This document shows positions 37,706 to 47,585 of a stretch of 64,000 nucleotides of DNA, in pieces. The notes under the pieces are model-generated. The model was not told the DNA's origin. It worked only from the letters and a program-made list of their open reading frames with translations, and searched no databases. Made by a program: the position numbers and the translations under genes. Source of the stretch: Candidatus Omnitrophota bacterium (GTDB lineage: Bacteria; Omnitrophota; Gorgyraeia; Gygaellales; Profunditerraquicolaceae); assembly GCA_016208765.1 (NCBI GenBank), contig JACQXK010000009.1, positions 118,255-182,254 of the forward strand. The letters run 5' to 3'. Each line of letters starts with the position of its first letter. Within the stretch, counting starts at the first letter, position 1.

Positions 37706-38940
37706 TGTCGGATTTTAAGAAAAGACGCATTGTAGTCACGGGCTTAGGCATAATTTCTTCAATTGGCATTGGTAAAGATGCTTTTTGGAAGAATGCCATT
37801 GCCGGTAAATCTGGGATTTCCGAGATTACTACTTTTGATACTTCTGGTTATCTCGTGCATAAAGGCGGTCAAATCAAAGATTTTAGTACTGAGGAATTTA
37901 TTGATAAAAGAAAACTTAAATATGTGGGTCGCGCGTCTCAATTAGCGGTTGCCGCCGCAAAGTTAGCCTTGGAAGATGCAAAATTAAGCCGTAGTTATTT
38001 ATCTAGACATAATGCTGGCGTGAATATGGGTACTACAATGGGTGAAACGCAATGGATTGAGGAAATAGACACAGTTTGGGCAACCTCCGGCAGTGAAAAA
38101 GTAAGAATTGAACCAATATATGAATATCCGCCTTATGCGCTTACTTCAAATGTTGCAATGGAGTTTAAATTGACTGGCCCTAATTTTATTTTTACTACTG
38201 CCTGTGCTGCGGGTAATTATGCCATTGGATATGCTTATGATCTACTTCAGGCAGGCAAAGCAGATTTGATGCTTGCCGGAGGCTCAGACGCGCTTTCAAG
38301 AATTGCATTCACTGGTTTTAGCCGGTTAGCTGCGGTTGCCCCTGAAAAATGCCAGCCATTCGACAAGAACAGAAAAGGAATGATGGTGGGTGAGGGTGCC
38401 GCCGTTCTTGTATTAGAAACTTTAGAGAATGCTCTCAAACGGAAAGCCTCTATTTACGCTGAGATTCTTGGGTATGGTTTAAGCTGTGATGATTATAGTA
38501 TGATGATTACCATTGAAGAAGGTATGCGTTTTGCTATGGGAGAAGCAATAAAAGAATCAGGCATTGATAAAAACGAAGTGGATTATATCAGCGCGCACGG
38601 CACAGGCACTCCACAGAATGATAAAGAAGAATGTGCGGCAGTAAGAAATGTTTTTGGAGAAAGAGCCAAAGAAATTCCACTTACTTCCTTAAAATCAATG
38701 TTAGGGCACACTATGGGCGCTGCTTCTGCGATCGAAGCATTAGCCTGTTGTTTAACGGTAAAAGATGATATAATTCCACCTACAATTAACTATGAAACAC
38801 CGGATCCTGAATGTAATCTGGATCACGTACCTAATACAGGTAGAAAACAAAAGATAAATATTGCTTTAAATAATGCCTATGCTTTTGGCAGTAATAATTC
38901 ATGTTTGGTAATTAAAAAATACGATGAGCGATCTCAGTAA
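37705..38940 (+). CDS. Beta-ketoacyl-ACP synthase II (FabF-like), catalytically complete
   Basis: Cys in FTTACAAGNYAIGYA; His in ISAHGTGTPQNDKEE; His in LGHTMGAASAIEA. Confidence 0.8.
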   Translation: MSDFKKRRIVVTGLGIISSIGIGKDAFWKNAIAGKSGISEITTFDTSGYLVHKGGQIKDFSTEEFIDKRKLKYVGRASQLAVAAAKLALEDAKLSRSYLSRHNAGVNMGTTMGETQWIEEIDTVWATSGSEKVRIEPIYEYPPYALTSNVAMEFKLTGPNFIFTTACAAGNYAIGYAYDLLQAGKADLMLAGGSDALSRIAFTGFSRLAAVAPEKCQPFDKNRKGMMVGEGAAVLVLETLENALKRKASIYAEILGYGLSCDDYSMMITIEEGMRFAMGEAIKESGIDKNEVDYISAHGTGTPQNDKEECAAVRNVFGERAKEIPLTSLKSMLGHTMGAASAIEALACCLTVKDDIIPPTINYETPDPECNLDHVPNTGRKQKINIALNNAYAFGSNNSCLVIKKYDERSQ

Positions 38941-40402
38941 AATTAAGGATAAGTATGACGTTATAATCATCGGCGCCGGCATCGGAGGCCTTGTTTGTGG
39001 TTGTTATTTGGCAAAAGCAGGGATGAAGGTATTAATTGTAGAGAGAAATAATAAAGTTGGGGGATATTGTGGATCATTTAAGAGGAATGGTTTTATTTTT
39101 GATACAGGTGTTCATGCTTTAGAAGGGTGCGGACCTAATGGTATCTTAAATAAGATCATCCAAGATTTGGGGATAAATTCTTTATTAAAAATAAAAAGAA
39201 TTGATCCTTCCGATGTAATTATTACTAGTTTTGGTAATTTTAATATTAGAAATGATATTAAAATTACGATAAATGAATGGACAGAAAGATTCCCGCGTTG
39301 TAAAGATGGAATCCAAAACATCTTTGGGCTTATTTTAAATAAGGATTTTGTTTTGAGATACCCCGAACTTAAGAAAATAACCTTCGATAAATTACTAAAA
39401 AGGCATGTTAAGGACAAGTTTATCACAACATTGTTATCTGTTTTGTTTGTCAATGTGGGTTTGCCAATAAATAGATTATCAGCGGTAAATGGCCTTATCT
39501 TCCTGAATCATTACTTGTCAGATGGAGGGTATTACCCGGAAGGGGGCATGCAAGGTTTTGTTAATGTTTTTCAAGAAAAATTCAAATCTTTCGGTGGGAC
39601 GGTATTATTAAATACTACAGTCAACAAGATATTCTCAGAAAATAAGTGTGTACGTGGAGTCGTAATAGCAAATAACAATATTTTTGAATCAAAATATGTT
39701 ATTTCTAATTGTGATGCTACACAGACATATTTAAATTTAATTGATAACCAAGAGACTCAAGTTAAATACAAAAAGCGTTTAGGAAACATGGTTACTTCTG
39801 CCTCTGTTTTTATGGTCTCTTTGGGTTTAAAAAAAGATATATATGATAGAAATTTTGATTGCGGTGCGTTGTGGTATTTGAGAAATGAAGATGAAAATGC
39901 TGGACTTGAAATGCTCTTTAAGAATAAAACAAATTACAATAGCAATTGTATTATGATAGCCTTCCCTTCATTCCACGATAATAAATTAGCCCCGGTTAAT
40001 AAATCGTCTATCTATTTGATGTGCAACGCTAATTTTAAAAACGCAGAGTATTGGAAAGAAAATGAAGAAAAAGTTGCGAATGAGCTAATTGGTATTGCGG
40101 AGAAGGTTGTCCCACTAATAAAGAATAATATTGAAGTTAAGCTTATCGCTACCCCACAGACTCTATATAAATATACTCTTAATAAAAACGGCGCTATGCA
40201 TGGATGGGCTTCCTTGGTATCACAAATTGATCCTACAATTATTCCTCGAGAAAGTGATATCAAGAATTTATTTTTCGTTGGTCATTGGATAACGCATCCT
40301 GGGCAAGGTGGAATTCCAATGGTGGCAAAATCAGCCTATAATTTGGTTAACATAATACTTAGCAAAAGTAAACAAAACGCATTTATGGAGAAATGCCGAT
40401 GA
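38924..40402 (+). CDS. FAD-dependent oxidoreductase (phytoene-desaturase/amine-oxidase superfamily)
   Basis: N-terminal dinucleotide-binding motif DVIIIGAGIGGLVCGCYLAKAGMKVLIVERNNKVGG; 492 aa. Confidence 0.65.
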   Translation: MSDLSKIKDKYDVIIIGAGIGGLVCGCYLAKAGMKVLIVERNNKVGGYCGSFKRNGFIFDTGVHALEGCGPNGILNKIIQDLGINSLLKIKRIDPSDVIITSFGNFNIRNDIKITINEWTERFPRCKDGIQNIFGLILNKDFVLRYPELKKITFDKLLKRHVKDKFITTLLSVLFVNVGLPINRLSAVNGLIFLNHYLSDGGYYPEGGMQGFVNVFQEKFKSFGGTVLLNTTVNKIFSENKCVRGVVIANNNIFESKYVISNCDATQTYLNLIDNQETQVKYKKRLGNMVTSASVFMVSLGLKKDIYDRNFDCGALWYLRNEDENAGLEMLFKNKTNYNSNCIMIAFPSFHDNKLAPVNKSSIYLMCNANFKNAEYWKENEEKVANELIGIAEKVVPLIKNNIEVKLIATPQTLYKYTLNKNGAMHGWASLVSQIDPTIIPRESDIKNLFFVGHWITHPGQGGIPMVAKSAYNLVNIILSKSKQNAFMEKCR

Positions 40403-42486
40403 ATATTTATTCTATTTCATTGTTGTTAGCATGTGTATTTAATTTATTTATAGGCTTGTTTGTATATTTTAAGAATCCCAAAGAGAAGGTAAACAGATTT
40501 TTTGGAATATACTACATTGTTCTTACTATGTGGGTTTTTGGATGTTTTATGGAAAGTAGTGTTGGGACTGCACAAGATGCGCTTTTTTGGGATAAGATTC
40601 TTTACACGGGTTGCATACTCGCTGCTCCTTTGTATCTTCATTTTTGTTATATTATTACGGGAAAAAGCAATAAATCAAAGTTGTTATATTTTTCTTATTT
40701 AACCGCAATTATTTGGTTAATTTTTAATTTTAGCTCTTCTTTAAGGCCGTTTTTTATTAACGATGTTGTTCATAAATATTGGTATAGATTTATTGCTGTG
40801 CCCGGATTTTTGTGGTATGTCTATGTGCTTTGGTTTAACTTATTAGTGACGATGATGTTTGTCGTATTGTTTAAATATTTCTTACATTCTTCAGGAATCA
40901 AAAGATTGCAGGCGAAATACTTGTTGTTTGCATTTTTGATCATGATCTCAGCAGGTTCTTTTTATTTCCTGCTTTTGTTAAATATTTCATCTCCCCCAGT
41001 CGATCCGTATCTTTTGATACTATTTGGAGTTATTATGTCCTACGCTATAGTCCGGCACCAGTTAATGGACATCGAAGTCATCATCAAGAAATCCCTCGTC
41101 TTCGCCGGGATGTTTGCTTTTATCTTTGGTATTTATATTGGAATTACGCTTATAATCTCTCAATTTGTAGCAGGTGGTAAAATTTTCTCTTTGATGATTA
41201 GTGCATTGATCATCACCGTAACTCTTCGTCCTCTTGAAAACTGGCTTGTTAATATCACCGACAAATTCCTCTTTCAGAAAAAATACGAATACAAGCAGAT
41301 CCTAAGGGCGTTTATCGATGAGGTAGTAACCGTCTTAAATCTTGATGAGATAGTTAATTCTACGCTAAAACTCTTGGACCAAACTTTACATCCATACACC
41401 GCAGGGGTATTCATTTTGAACAAGGTAGATGATAAATTCCAGCTTTACAATTCATCTGGGCTGGAAGATAAGGATATGGTTTTTACTTCTGAATCAAAGC
41501 TGTTAGCTTTCTTTAAGAAGACCCATGGTCCTTCGGTAATTAAGCAGATAGATGGTATAACCGGAGTAAATCCGGAGATAGCTGTAGAAATGACTAAATT
41601 GAAAGCAGTAATCGCCCTACCTTTTATGTTGCACAATGATTTGATTGGTTTTATTTCGTTGGGGAAAAAGAAGTCAGACGAAGAATACACTAAGGACGAC
41701 CTTGATGTGCTTCTGGATCTCGCCCGTACCGAGGCAATAGCTATAGGTAACGCCCAACTCCTTACTGAGGCCGCCCAATCCGAAAGGCGCGCGGCCATCG
41801 GCACCATGGCTGCAGGAATAAATCATGAGATTGGGAATCCGCTAAATATTATGTCAAATAAGATTCAGGTATTTAAGTTGGCTCGGCAAAAGGGGTTGTT
41901 TAAAGATAAGCCTAGCGAAGGAATCTTAGATGAGGCAGAGAAAGCATTGGATGAATGTCTGAAGCAGACAGAGAGGATTTCAATAATCACGAGAAAGTTG
42001 TCAAATTTTGCCAAACCAAGCAAAGAGTTTAAACCGGATTTGGTAAACATCCCTCAGGAAGTAGATGAAACTCTTTTTATTGTCGGTCATGAACTGGATC
42101 TGGAAAGAATCGCGGTTAAAAAGGAATTTAGCGCAGAGCCGCAGAGAATTTTGGCGGATAAGTATGATATTCAGCAGATTTTGTTCAATATAATAAGGAA
42201 TGCCGGACAGGCAATTGAGGGCCAGGGGAAGATTATTATCAGAGTGATGCCAACCAGAGATGGCAAAGTGCATATTGAAGTGGAAGATACAGGTAAAGGA
42301 ATCCCTGAGGATAAAATACACAAGGTATTTGAGCCGTTTTTTACCACCAAAGGCTCTAAGGGCGGTACAGGCCTGGGTTTATCTATTGTCAGGCAGCTTG
42401 TCCGGCGCAATAAAGGCGAAATTACTTTTCGCAGCCTTGCCGGTATCGGGACGACTTTTATTATAGCTTTTCCCAAAGCTGGTTAA
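40393..42486 (+). CDS. Sensor histidine kinase with polytopic N-terminal membrane domain
   Basis: About 7 TM helices, a GAF-like region, a HisKA segment (INHEIGNPLN), and HATPase_c (GTGLGLSIV ... GIGTTFIIAFP). Confidence 0.75.
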   Translation: MPMNIYSISLLLACVFNLFIGLFVYFKNPKEKVNRFFGIYYIVLTMWVFGCFMESSVGTAQDALFWDKILYTGCILAAPLYLHFCYIITGKSNKSKLLYFSYLTAIIWLIFNFSSSLRPFFINDVVHKYWYRFIAVPGFLWYVYVLWFNLLVTMMFVVLFKYFLHSSGIKRLQAKYLLFAFLIMISAGSFYFLLLLNISSPPVDPYLLILFGVIMSYAIVRHQLMDIEVIIKKSLVFAGMFAFIFGIYIGITLIISQFVAGGKIFSLMISALIITVTLRPLENWLVNITDKFLFQKKYEYKQILRAFIDEVVTVLNLDEIVNSTLKLLDQTLHPYTAGVFILNKVDDKFQLYNSSGLEDKDMVFTSESKLLAFFKKTHGPSVIKQIDGITGVNPEIAVEMTKLKAVIALPFMLHNDLIGFISLGKKKSDEEYTKDDLDVLLDLARTEAIAIGNAQLLTEAAQSERRAAIGTMAAGINHEIGNPLNIMSNKIQVFKLARQKGLFKDKPSEGILDEAEKALDECLKQTERISIITRKLSNFAKPSKEFKPDLVNIPQEVDETLFIVGHELDLERIAVKKEFSAEPQRILADKYDIQQILFNIIRNAGQAIEGQGKIIIRVMPTRDGKVHIEVEDTGKGIPEDKIHKVFEPFFTTKGSKGGTGLGLSIVRQLVRRNKGEITFRSLAGIGTTFIIAFPKAG

Positions 42487-42493
42487 TTTTTAT

Positions 42494-43183
42494 ATGTTTG
42501 AAGAAATTCGTAATTTGTTTAAAGATAAAGATAGGGATGAAGAGGAAATCAAAATCTCTATGTGTCACGAAAAAGATGCAGATGGAAAAGAATGGGTGGT
42601 TGTGTCTGTTCAGGATAGCGGAGCTGGCTGGCACTGGGATGATATGCCCCGGGATGCCAGAGAAAGGTATCAAAATATAAGATCATCTACGGAGAAAATG
42701 AACGGAAAGTTTGAATATGCAAATATTAAAGGACAAGGTGCCGTAGTCAAAGTTAGGTTTCCAGCATCTTATGATGAAAATGAGAAATTAGAATCAACTG
42801 TTTCTTCCCAATTTTTTCAAGGGGGTGTAATTATGAAAAAAGTTTTGATTGTAGATGATGAGCTTGAATTCGTGAAAGATTTCTCTAAAGCATTGGTAAT
42901 GTTTGGCCATGAGCCCTTTCAGGCAGTTGATGGAGAGGGGGCGTTTGAGGTAATTGAAACTAAAAAGCCGGATATTGTGCTTTGTGATTACAAACTTCCT
43001 GATATGGAAGGGGATAGAATCTTAGAAATGACAAAGAAGAATCATCCCGAAATAAAATTTGTGATGCTAACTGCCTATTATGACGAGGTGGTTAAGGAGC
43101 GTTTTAAAAGATTAGGTGCGGATGAAGTAATCTTCAAGCCCATAGTCTTAACTGAAATCGAAGCTTTATTGGCTAAGCTCTAA
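42494..43183 (+). CDS. Response-regulator receiver protein with N-terminal HATPase_c-like remnant
   Basis: C-terminal REC domain (VLIVDDELEF ... DIVLCDYKLPDMEG ... FVMLTAYYDE) preceded by a ~100-aa segment resembling the end of a kinase ATPase domain (VVVSVQDSGAGWHWDDM). Confidence 0.55.
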   Translation: MFEEIRNLFKDKDRDEEEIKISMCHEKDADGKEWVVVSVQDSGAGWHWDDMPRDARERYQNIRSSTEKMNGKFEYANIKGQGAVVKVRFPASYDENEKLESTVSSQFFQGGVIMKKVLIVDDELEFVKDFSKALVMFGHEPFQAVDGEGAFEVIETKKPDIVLCDYKLPDMEGDRILEMTKKNHPEIKFVMLTAYYDEVVKERFKRLGADEVIFKPIVLTEIEALLAKL

Positions 43184-43197
43184 CAGAAAGGTTCATC

Positions 43198-43449
43198 ATG
43201 TCAAAAATCAGGGATTTATTTCACAAGGTCGGCAATTGCCACAACAAAATCAGCGTTGCCGCAGGTCTAACCAAGGCTGAATTAAAGCGAAAGCATGAGG
43301 GCGGCACTATGCCAGAGGAAATAAAAAAAGTAGTTGGCAGGTTGTCAGAACTGGAGCAGCACGCAGTAGAAGCAAGCAAGGTCTTAAACCAATTGAAAGA
43401 TATTATTTATGGTGCTATAGACCCTGATACAGGCAAGGCCAAGAAGTAG
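43198..43449 (+). CDS. Small hypothetical protein (83 aa), possible degenerate Hpt-like phosphotransfer protein
   Basis: DLFHKVGNCHNKISVAAG loosely resembles the Hpt HxxKG region. Weak evidence. Confidence 0.2.
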   Translation: MSKIRDLFHKVGNCHNKISVAAGLTKAELKRKHEGGTMPEEIKKVVGRLSELEQHAVEASKVLNQLKDIIYGAIDPDTGKAKK

Positions 43450-43452
43450 AAT

Positions 43453-44331
43453 ATGGAAAATCTTAAAAAGATTTTAATTGTTGATGACGAAAAATTTGTG
43501 ACTGATGCGTTGGAAGAATTTTTCCACAGCAAGGGTTACAGAATATTTAAAGCGCAGGATGGTCAGGCATGCTTAGATATTATTAAAAGCGAAAAGCTCG
43601 ATTTAGTGCTTTTAGACATAAAGCTTCCTAAGATTGACGGAATTGAAATTTTAAAATTACTGCGCAGGGATTATCCTGAGGTTAAAGTTATCATTATGAC
43701 TGCCTATGACTTTGAGTATAAAACCAAGGTTGATAATATCGGCTGCGATGCATTTTTTGTTAAGCCCCTCTTAATTGATGAATTAATGCAGGAAGTAGAA
43801 AATTTGCTGTCAGCGGGTGTTAAAATAAGTAAACAGCAGAGAGATATTATTCCGCAGCTAGCGGAAGAGGTAGAATTTAGCGTTTCAGAAGGGATGTTGC
43901 CCTGTGCCAAGCTTTTAATAGTAAGCCCGCGAGATTTGATTTCTAGTCTCCTGAAGGATTATTTCACGCAGCAACAAATCTGTGAAGGGATATACGTAGT
44001 AGCTGAAAGTGGACTAGAGCAGTTAGATTATATAAAGAAATTCCAGCCCGATATTATTCTTTTGGATGTGGCATTAGTAGGAGTGCTCGGAGAATTCGGA
44101 GATATTCTAATAAAAATGCCGCATCCACCGAAAGAAATTATCCTTTTTGGCGATCCGGCGGTAAAATGGGAGGAAGCAGAAATATTAATCAAGAGAGGCA
44201 CTAAATTTATTGAAATGCCCATGGATTTACACGATATGACATATCCGATTAGAGAGACTATCGAGCGCCTAAGCAATGCAGTAAAAGAAGTTTGCATAAA
44301 ATACCATTTATTTAGTAAGGAGGCAGGTTAA
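43453..44331 (+). CDS. Response regulator with REC domain plus second REC-like domain
   Basis: ILIVDDEKFVTD ... DLVLLDIKLPKIDG ... IIMTAYDFE; then a second alpha/beta segment (DIILLDVAL). Confidence 0.55.
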   Translation: MENLKKILIVDDEKFVTDALEEFFHSKGYRIFKAQDGQACLDIIKSEKLDLVLLDIKLPKIDGIEILKLLRRDYPEVKVIIMTAYDFEYKTKVDNIGCDAFFVKPLLIDELMQEVENLLSAGVKISKQQRDIIPQLAEEVEFSVSEGMLPCAKLLIVSPRDLISSLLKDYFTQQQICEGIYVVAESGLEQLDYIKKFQPDIILLDVALVGVLGEFGDILIKMPHPPKEIILFGDPAVKWEEAEILIKRGTKFIEMPMDLHDMTYPIRETIERLSNAVKEVCIKYHLFSKEAG

Positions 44332-44724
44332 ATGTTAAAGAGAAAGATGAAATTATTAGTCGTTGATGATGAAAAGGATATTTGCCATTTTGTAAAACTG
44401 CTTTTTAAAAAGGAAGGGTTTTTGGTGTATAGCGCCCTTTCCGGCACTCAGGCCTTAAATGCAGCAAGGAAAATTAAGCCTGATATAACCCTTTTAGACA
44501 TCTATCTTAAAAAGGGAATCACTGGCCTTGAGGTTCTTGAGCAAATAAGAAAATCTGTCCCCAATTGCCGTAATATCATGGTTACTTGGGATAAGGCTGA
44601 GGAAAAAATGCAGGAAGCAAAAAAGCTGGGAGCGGTTTCCTATCTTACCAAGCCCTTAACTGTAACACAGCTGCTTAAAGTAGTCACTCGCATAGCAAAA
44701 CAGGCAGAAAGAGAGGGCCGGTAA
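44332..44724 (+). CDS. Single-domain response regulator (CheY-like receiver)
   Basis: LLVVDDEKDICHFV ... DITLLDIYL ... conserved Lys near KPLT. Confidence 0.7.
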   Translation: MLKRKMKLLVVDDEKDICHFVKLLFKKEGFLVYSALSGTQALNAARKIKPDITLLDIYLKKGITGLEVLEQIRKSVPNCRNIMVTWDKAEEKMQEAKKLGAVSYLTKPLTVTQLLKVVTRIAKQAEREGR

Positions 44725-44988
44725 ATGGCCAATCCTATGTCTGATGAGCAGAGAATATACGAAAAAATAGAAAAAGAGAAATTAATCATCCCTTCAGTTA
44801 TTTGGGAACTACTCGACCACCATTTAGGAAATGATGTTTATACCATTTCCTTGATTGCCGGTAGCCACGTTACCGGCCAAGAAAAAGAGCCTATCCCCAT
44901 TGAAGACGGCGAAAAGATTGTTAAACACTGCGTAGAGATTAAGAAGTTTTTACAGAAATTAAACGAAGCAACCCGGGTGAAAAGCTGA
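44725..44988 (+). CDS. Hypothetical small protein (87 aa)
   Basis: Stop/start overlap with neighbours; no motif recognised. Confidence 0.2.
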   Translation: MANPMSDEQRIYEKIEKEKLIIPSVIWELLDHHLGNDVYTISLIAGSHVTGQEKEPIPIEDGEKIVKHCVEIKKFLQKLNEATRVKS

Positions 44989-44989
44989 G

Positions 44990-45268
44990 ATGTTCTGGGG
45001 AAAAGAAGAAAAAATCCCTTCACGGTTAAAACAACAGTTGTTATCCAGAATCAGGCCAATATTGGCAAAACATCTTAAGGTTGGTGAAGAGAAGATTATC
45101 CCTGAGGCAAAACTCGTAGAAGAATTAGGCATAGATTCTCTGGAGGCTGTCGAAATTATTATGGAGTTAGAAGAGGCGTTTGATATTGAGATTATGGATG
45201 CGGACGCAGAAAAAATGAAAATCGTTGATGAGGTGCTGGAATATTTAGCCAAGAGGATAAAACAATGA
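44990..45268 (+). CDS. Acyl-carrier-protein-like small protein
   Basis: LGIDSLEAVEIIMELEEAFDIEI carries the DSL phosphopantetheine-site pattern of ACPs. Embedded among receiver genes. Confidence 0.45.
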   Translation: MFWGKEEKIPSRLKQQLLSRIRPILAKHLKVGEEKIIPEAKLVEELGIDSLEAVEIIMELEEAFDIEIMDADAEKMKIVDEVLEYLAKRIKQ

Positions 45269-45645
45269 TTAAGCTTTTATTGGTAGATGATGAAAAAGGA
45301 CTATGTGAGTATTTAAGGGATTTTTTTAAATTGCGCAGTTTCACTGTGTTTACTGCCACAAACGGCCAGGATGCGCTTTCTCTTGTAAAGAAGGAAAAGC
45401 CCAAGGTTGTATTCTTAGATATTAAAATGTCAGGCATGTCCGGTTTGGAAGTATTAAAAGAAATAAAGAAAATAGATAGTGCAACGAAAGTGATTATGGT
45501 TACTGTTCTGGACGATGAAAAGACCAAGGATGAAGCAAAAAAATTAGGCGCGGACAGCTTTATTACTAAACCTTTTATTACTGACCGCCTAGAAGAAATT
45601 GTCGGGGAAAAAATTAAAGAGTTATTAGAAGAGAAAGGGCAATAA
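45265..45645 (+). CDS. Single-domain response regulator (CheY-like)
   Basis: LLVDDEKGLCEYL ... VVFLDIKMSGMSG ... TKPF. Confidence 0.7.
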   Translation: MIKLLLVDDEKGLCEYLRDFFKLRSFTVFTATNGQDALSLVKKEKPKVVFLDIKMSGMSGLEVLKEIKKIDSATKVIMVTVLDDEKTKDEAKKLGADSFITKPFITDRLEEIVGEKIKELLEEKGQ

Positions 45646-45646
45646 A

Positions 45647-46036
45647 ATGCTTAAACCCAAAATATTAGTGGTGGATGATGAATTAGATGTTCTGGATAGA
45701 TTAGCTAATATCGTTTCGAGGCATTTTCTTTGTGAAGTCAAGAAGGCTTCCAGCGGCGAAGATGCCTTAATCCTGCTTAAGAAGGAGAGTTTTGACCTTG
45801 TGCTTTTAGATATTAAGATGCCCGGTTTAAGTGGTATCGACGTGATAAATGAAGCAATAAAATTTACTCCTCAAACAAAATTCCTGGCTATTTCCGGTTA
45901 TGACAGTGATGAAGTTGCTTCTGCCGCGCTTAAGGCCGGAGCAGTTGATTTTATCCCTAAACCTCAAACTTCAAAAGCAATCCAGCTTAAAATCAAAGAG
46001 ATATTAAGCCAGTTAGGTAAATACGAAGCCAAGTGA
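45647..46036 (+). CDS. Single-domain response regulator (CheY-like)
   Basis: ILVVDDELDVL ... LVLLDIKMPGLSG ... PKP. Confidence 0.7.
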   Translation: MLKPKILVVDDELDVLDRLANIVSRHFLCEVKKASSGEDALILLKKESFDLVLLDIKMPGLSGIDVINEAIKFTPQTKFLAISGYDSDEVASAALKAGAVDFIPKPQTSKAIQLKIKEILSQLGKYEAK

Positions 46037-46038
46037 AC

Positions 46039-46623
46039 CTAAATATGTTTTGGATTTTGAATAATGATGCAGGAAGCTTTTCGCAAGGTATTATTTTCAA
46101 ACAAATGCGGGATATTGCTTTCAAAACAAAGTACGTCGTCTTTCTTCAGTTCAAATCTCTCTTGCCCTACCACGCAGGTAATTTTTCCTTTTAATCCGTA
46201 AACCCACTTTTCATATCTTGCTAGCTCAATCGGATCCTGTTCGAGTTTTGTTTTTCCTCCGGGTTCAAGTATAAGCCTGACACCCAGGAAAGACTGTTGT
46301 TCCTTGGTTAAAATCTGCGCGTAGGCGTTTTTAGAATAAACATACTGCGCAACACCCTGATCGTACTTCTTAATGAAATTAGCCAGAGAAAGTTTCTTCT
46401 CTTCTTCCGTATCTTCTTTGAGTTCTTTTAAGGAAACACCCAAGCCAATACAAATCTGCGAAAGAGAAGAGACCCTTGCATCGCGCAGACCTTTCTCAAT
46501 GCGATAAAGGGAATTATAACGCAGGGCCTTATTACCGTAAATCTCTATTAACCTCTGCTCCAAATCAGTCAAAGATAGCCCTTTTTCTTTGCGTATTTGC
46601 CTGATTTTGTCGTGAAGTTTCAT
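46039..46623 (-). CDS. XRE-family HTH transcriptional regulator with C-terminal cupin domain
   Basis: N-terminal IRQIRKEKGLSLTDLEQRL (HTH_3); C-terminal beta-barrel-like segment. Confidence 0.6.
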   Translation of the reverse strand: MKLHDKIRQIRKEKGLSLTDLEQRLIEIYGNKALRYNSLYRIEKGLRDARVSSLSQICIGLGVSLKELKEDTEEEKKLSLANFIKKYDQGVAQYVYSKNAYAQILTKEQQSFLGVRLILEPGGKTKLEQDPIELARYEKWVYGLKGKITCVVGQERFELKKDDVLCFESNIPHLFENNTLRKASCIIIQNPKHI

Positions 46624-47059
46624 CTCTTGCCTCCAATAAAATTGTAACTTAAATAATCGGGTTTGTCAAGGAGTATTTTCTACCAATTATTTTTTATTAA
46701 TCTAAAAATTGGCTATAAAATAGCTATTTTTATACATTTTTACTTATCATAACTTCTTGTATATCAATTAATTATGAAATAGAAAGCAAAGATAAGCCCC
46801 GTCCTACCAAAGTTTTTAAAATACACTTGACATTGGTAGAAAGATATGCTATACTTCAACTGGAGGAAAAAAAGATGGAACATTTAAAAGACTGGTTTAT
46901 GGTGTTAACAAGCAAGATGCACTTTCCGTTAATCGCCGGTTTAATGTTGTGTTTTAAAAAAGAGGAAAAAAGCACCTTTCTTGATTTAGGCGATTTAGGG
47001 GATAATGTGCCGCACGTTTTTTTTAAAAACCTGCATTAAGGCGCAGGGAGGGTGAGGCA

Positions 47060-47242
47060 ATGGCTAAGGTCCGGTGTAAAGATTGCGGTAAAACTGGGTA
47101 TACAGCATCACCGAAATACATCATCTGCTCCTGCGGAGGAAGGTTCAGGATAATCCCGGGAGCTTGCCGTATGCAGCGAGCTGAGCCGGATATTGTAAAT
47201 ACAGTATTAATGAGCTTCCAAATTTTATCGCACTATGCATGA
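47060..47242 (+). CDS. Small zinc-ribbon protein (60 aa)
   Basis: CKDCGK ... CSCGG four-Cys arrangement; GGAGGGTGAGG RBS. Confidence 0.25.
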   Translation: MAKVRCKDCGKTGYTASPKYIICSCGGRFRIIPGACRMQRAEPDIVNTVLMSFQILSHYA

Positions 47243-47499
47243 ATTAAAAACAATAACTAATAAAACTAATTTAACCGGTCAGGATCTGGATGCCTTAATT
47301 ATCAAGGTAAAACAAAATTACCGGCCGTACTTATGCAGAGAAAATGCGCCCGAGCATTGCGGCCTTTGTGTTTTATTTCCCGTATGTAAAGTTGTAAATC
47401 ACAATCTAATTTGCCCTTGGCTTACTTATGGAGGTAAGTAAGCTTTTTATTTAGGGTTAGATTTTCGGCAGCCACGGATTCCCTGTGAAAGGGGATTAG

Positions 47500-47548
47500 C
47501 CGGACTGATAACCAAACGGTCAGGTTTATCAGTCTGGCTTTTTATTTT
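47500..47548 (+). terminator. Rho-independent terminator
   Basis: Perfect 12-bp stem CCGGACTGATAA / TTATCAGTCTGG followed by CTTTTTATTTT. Confidence 0.55.
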
Positions 47549-47585
47549 GACCACTTATTAAAAAAGTTTAAAAAGGAGAAAACGG

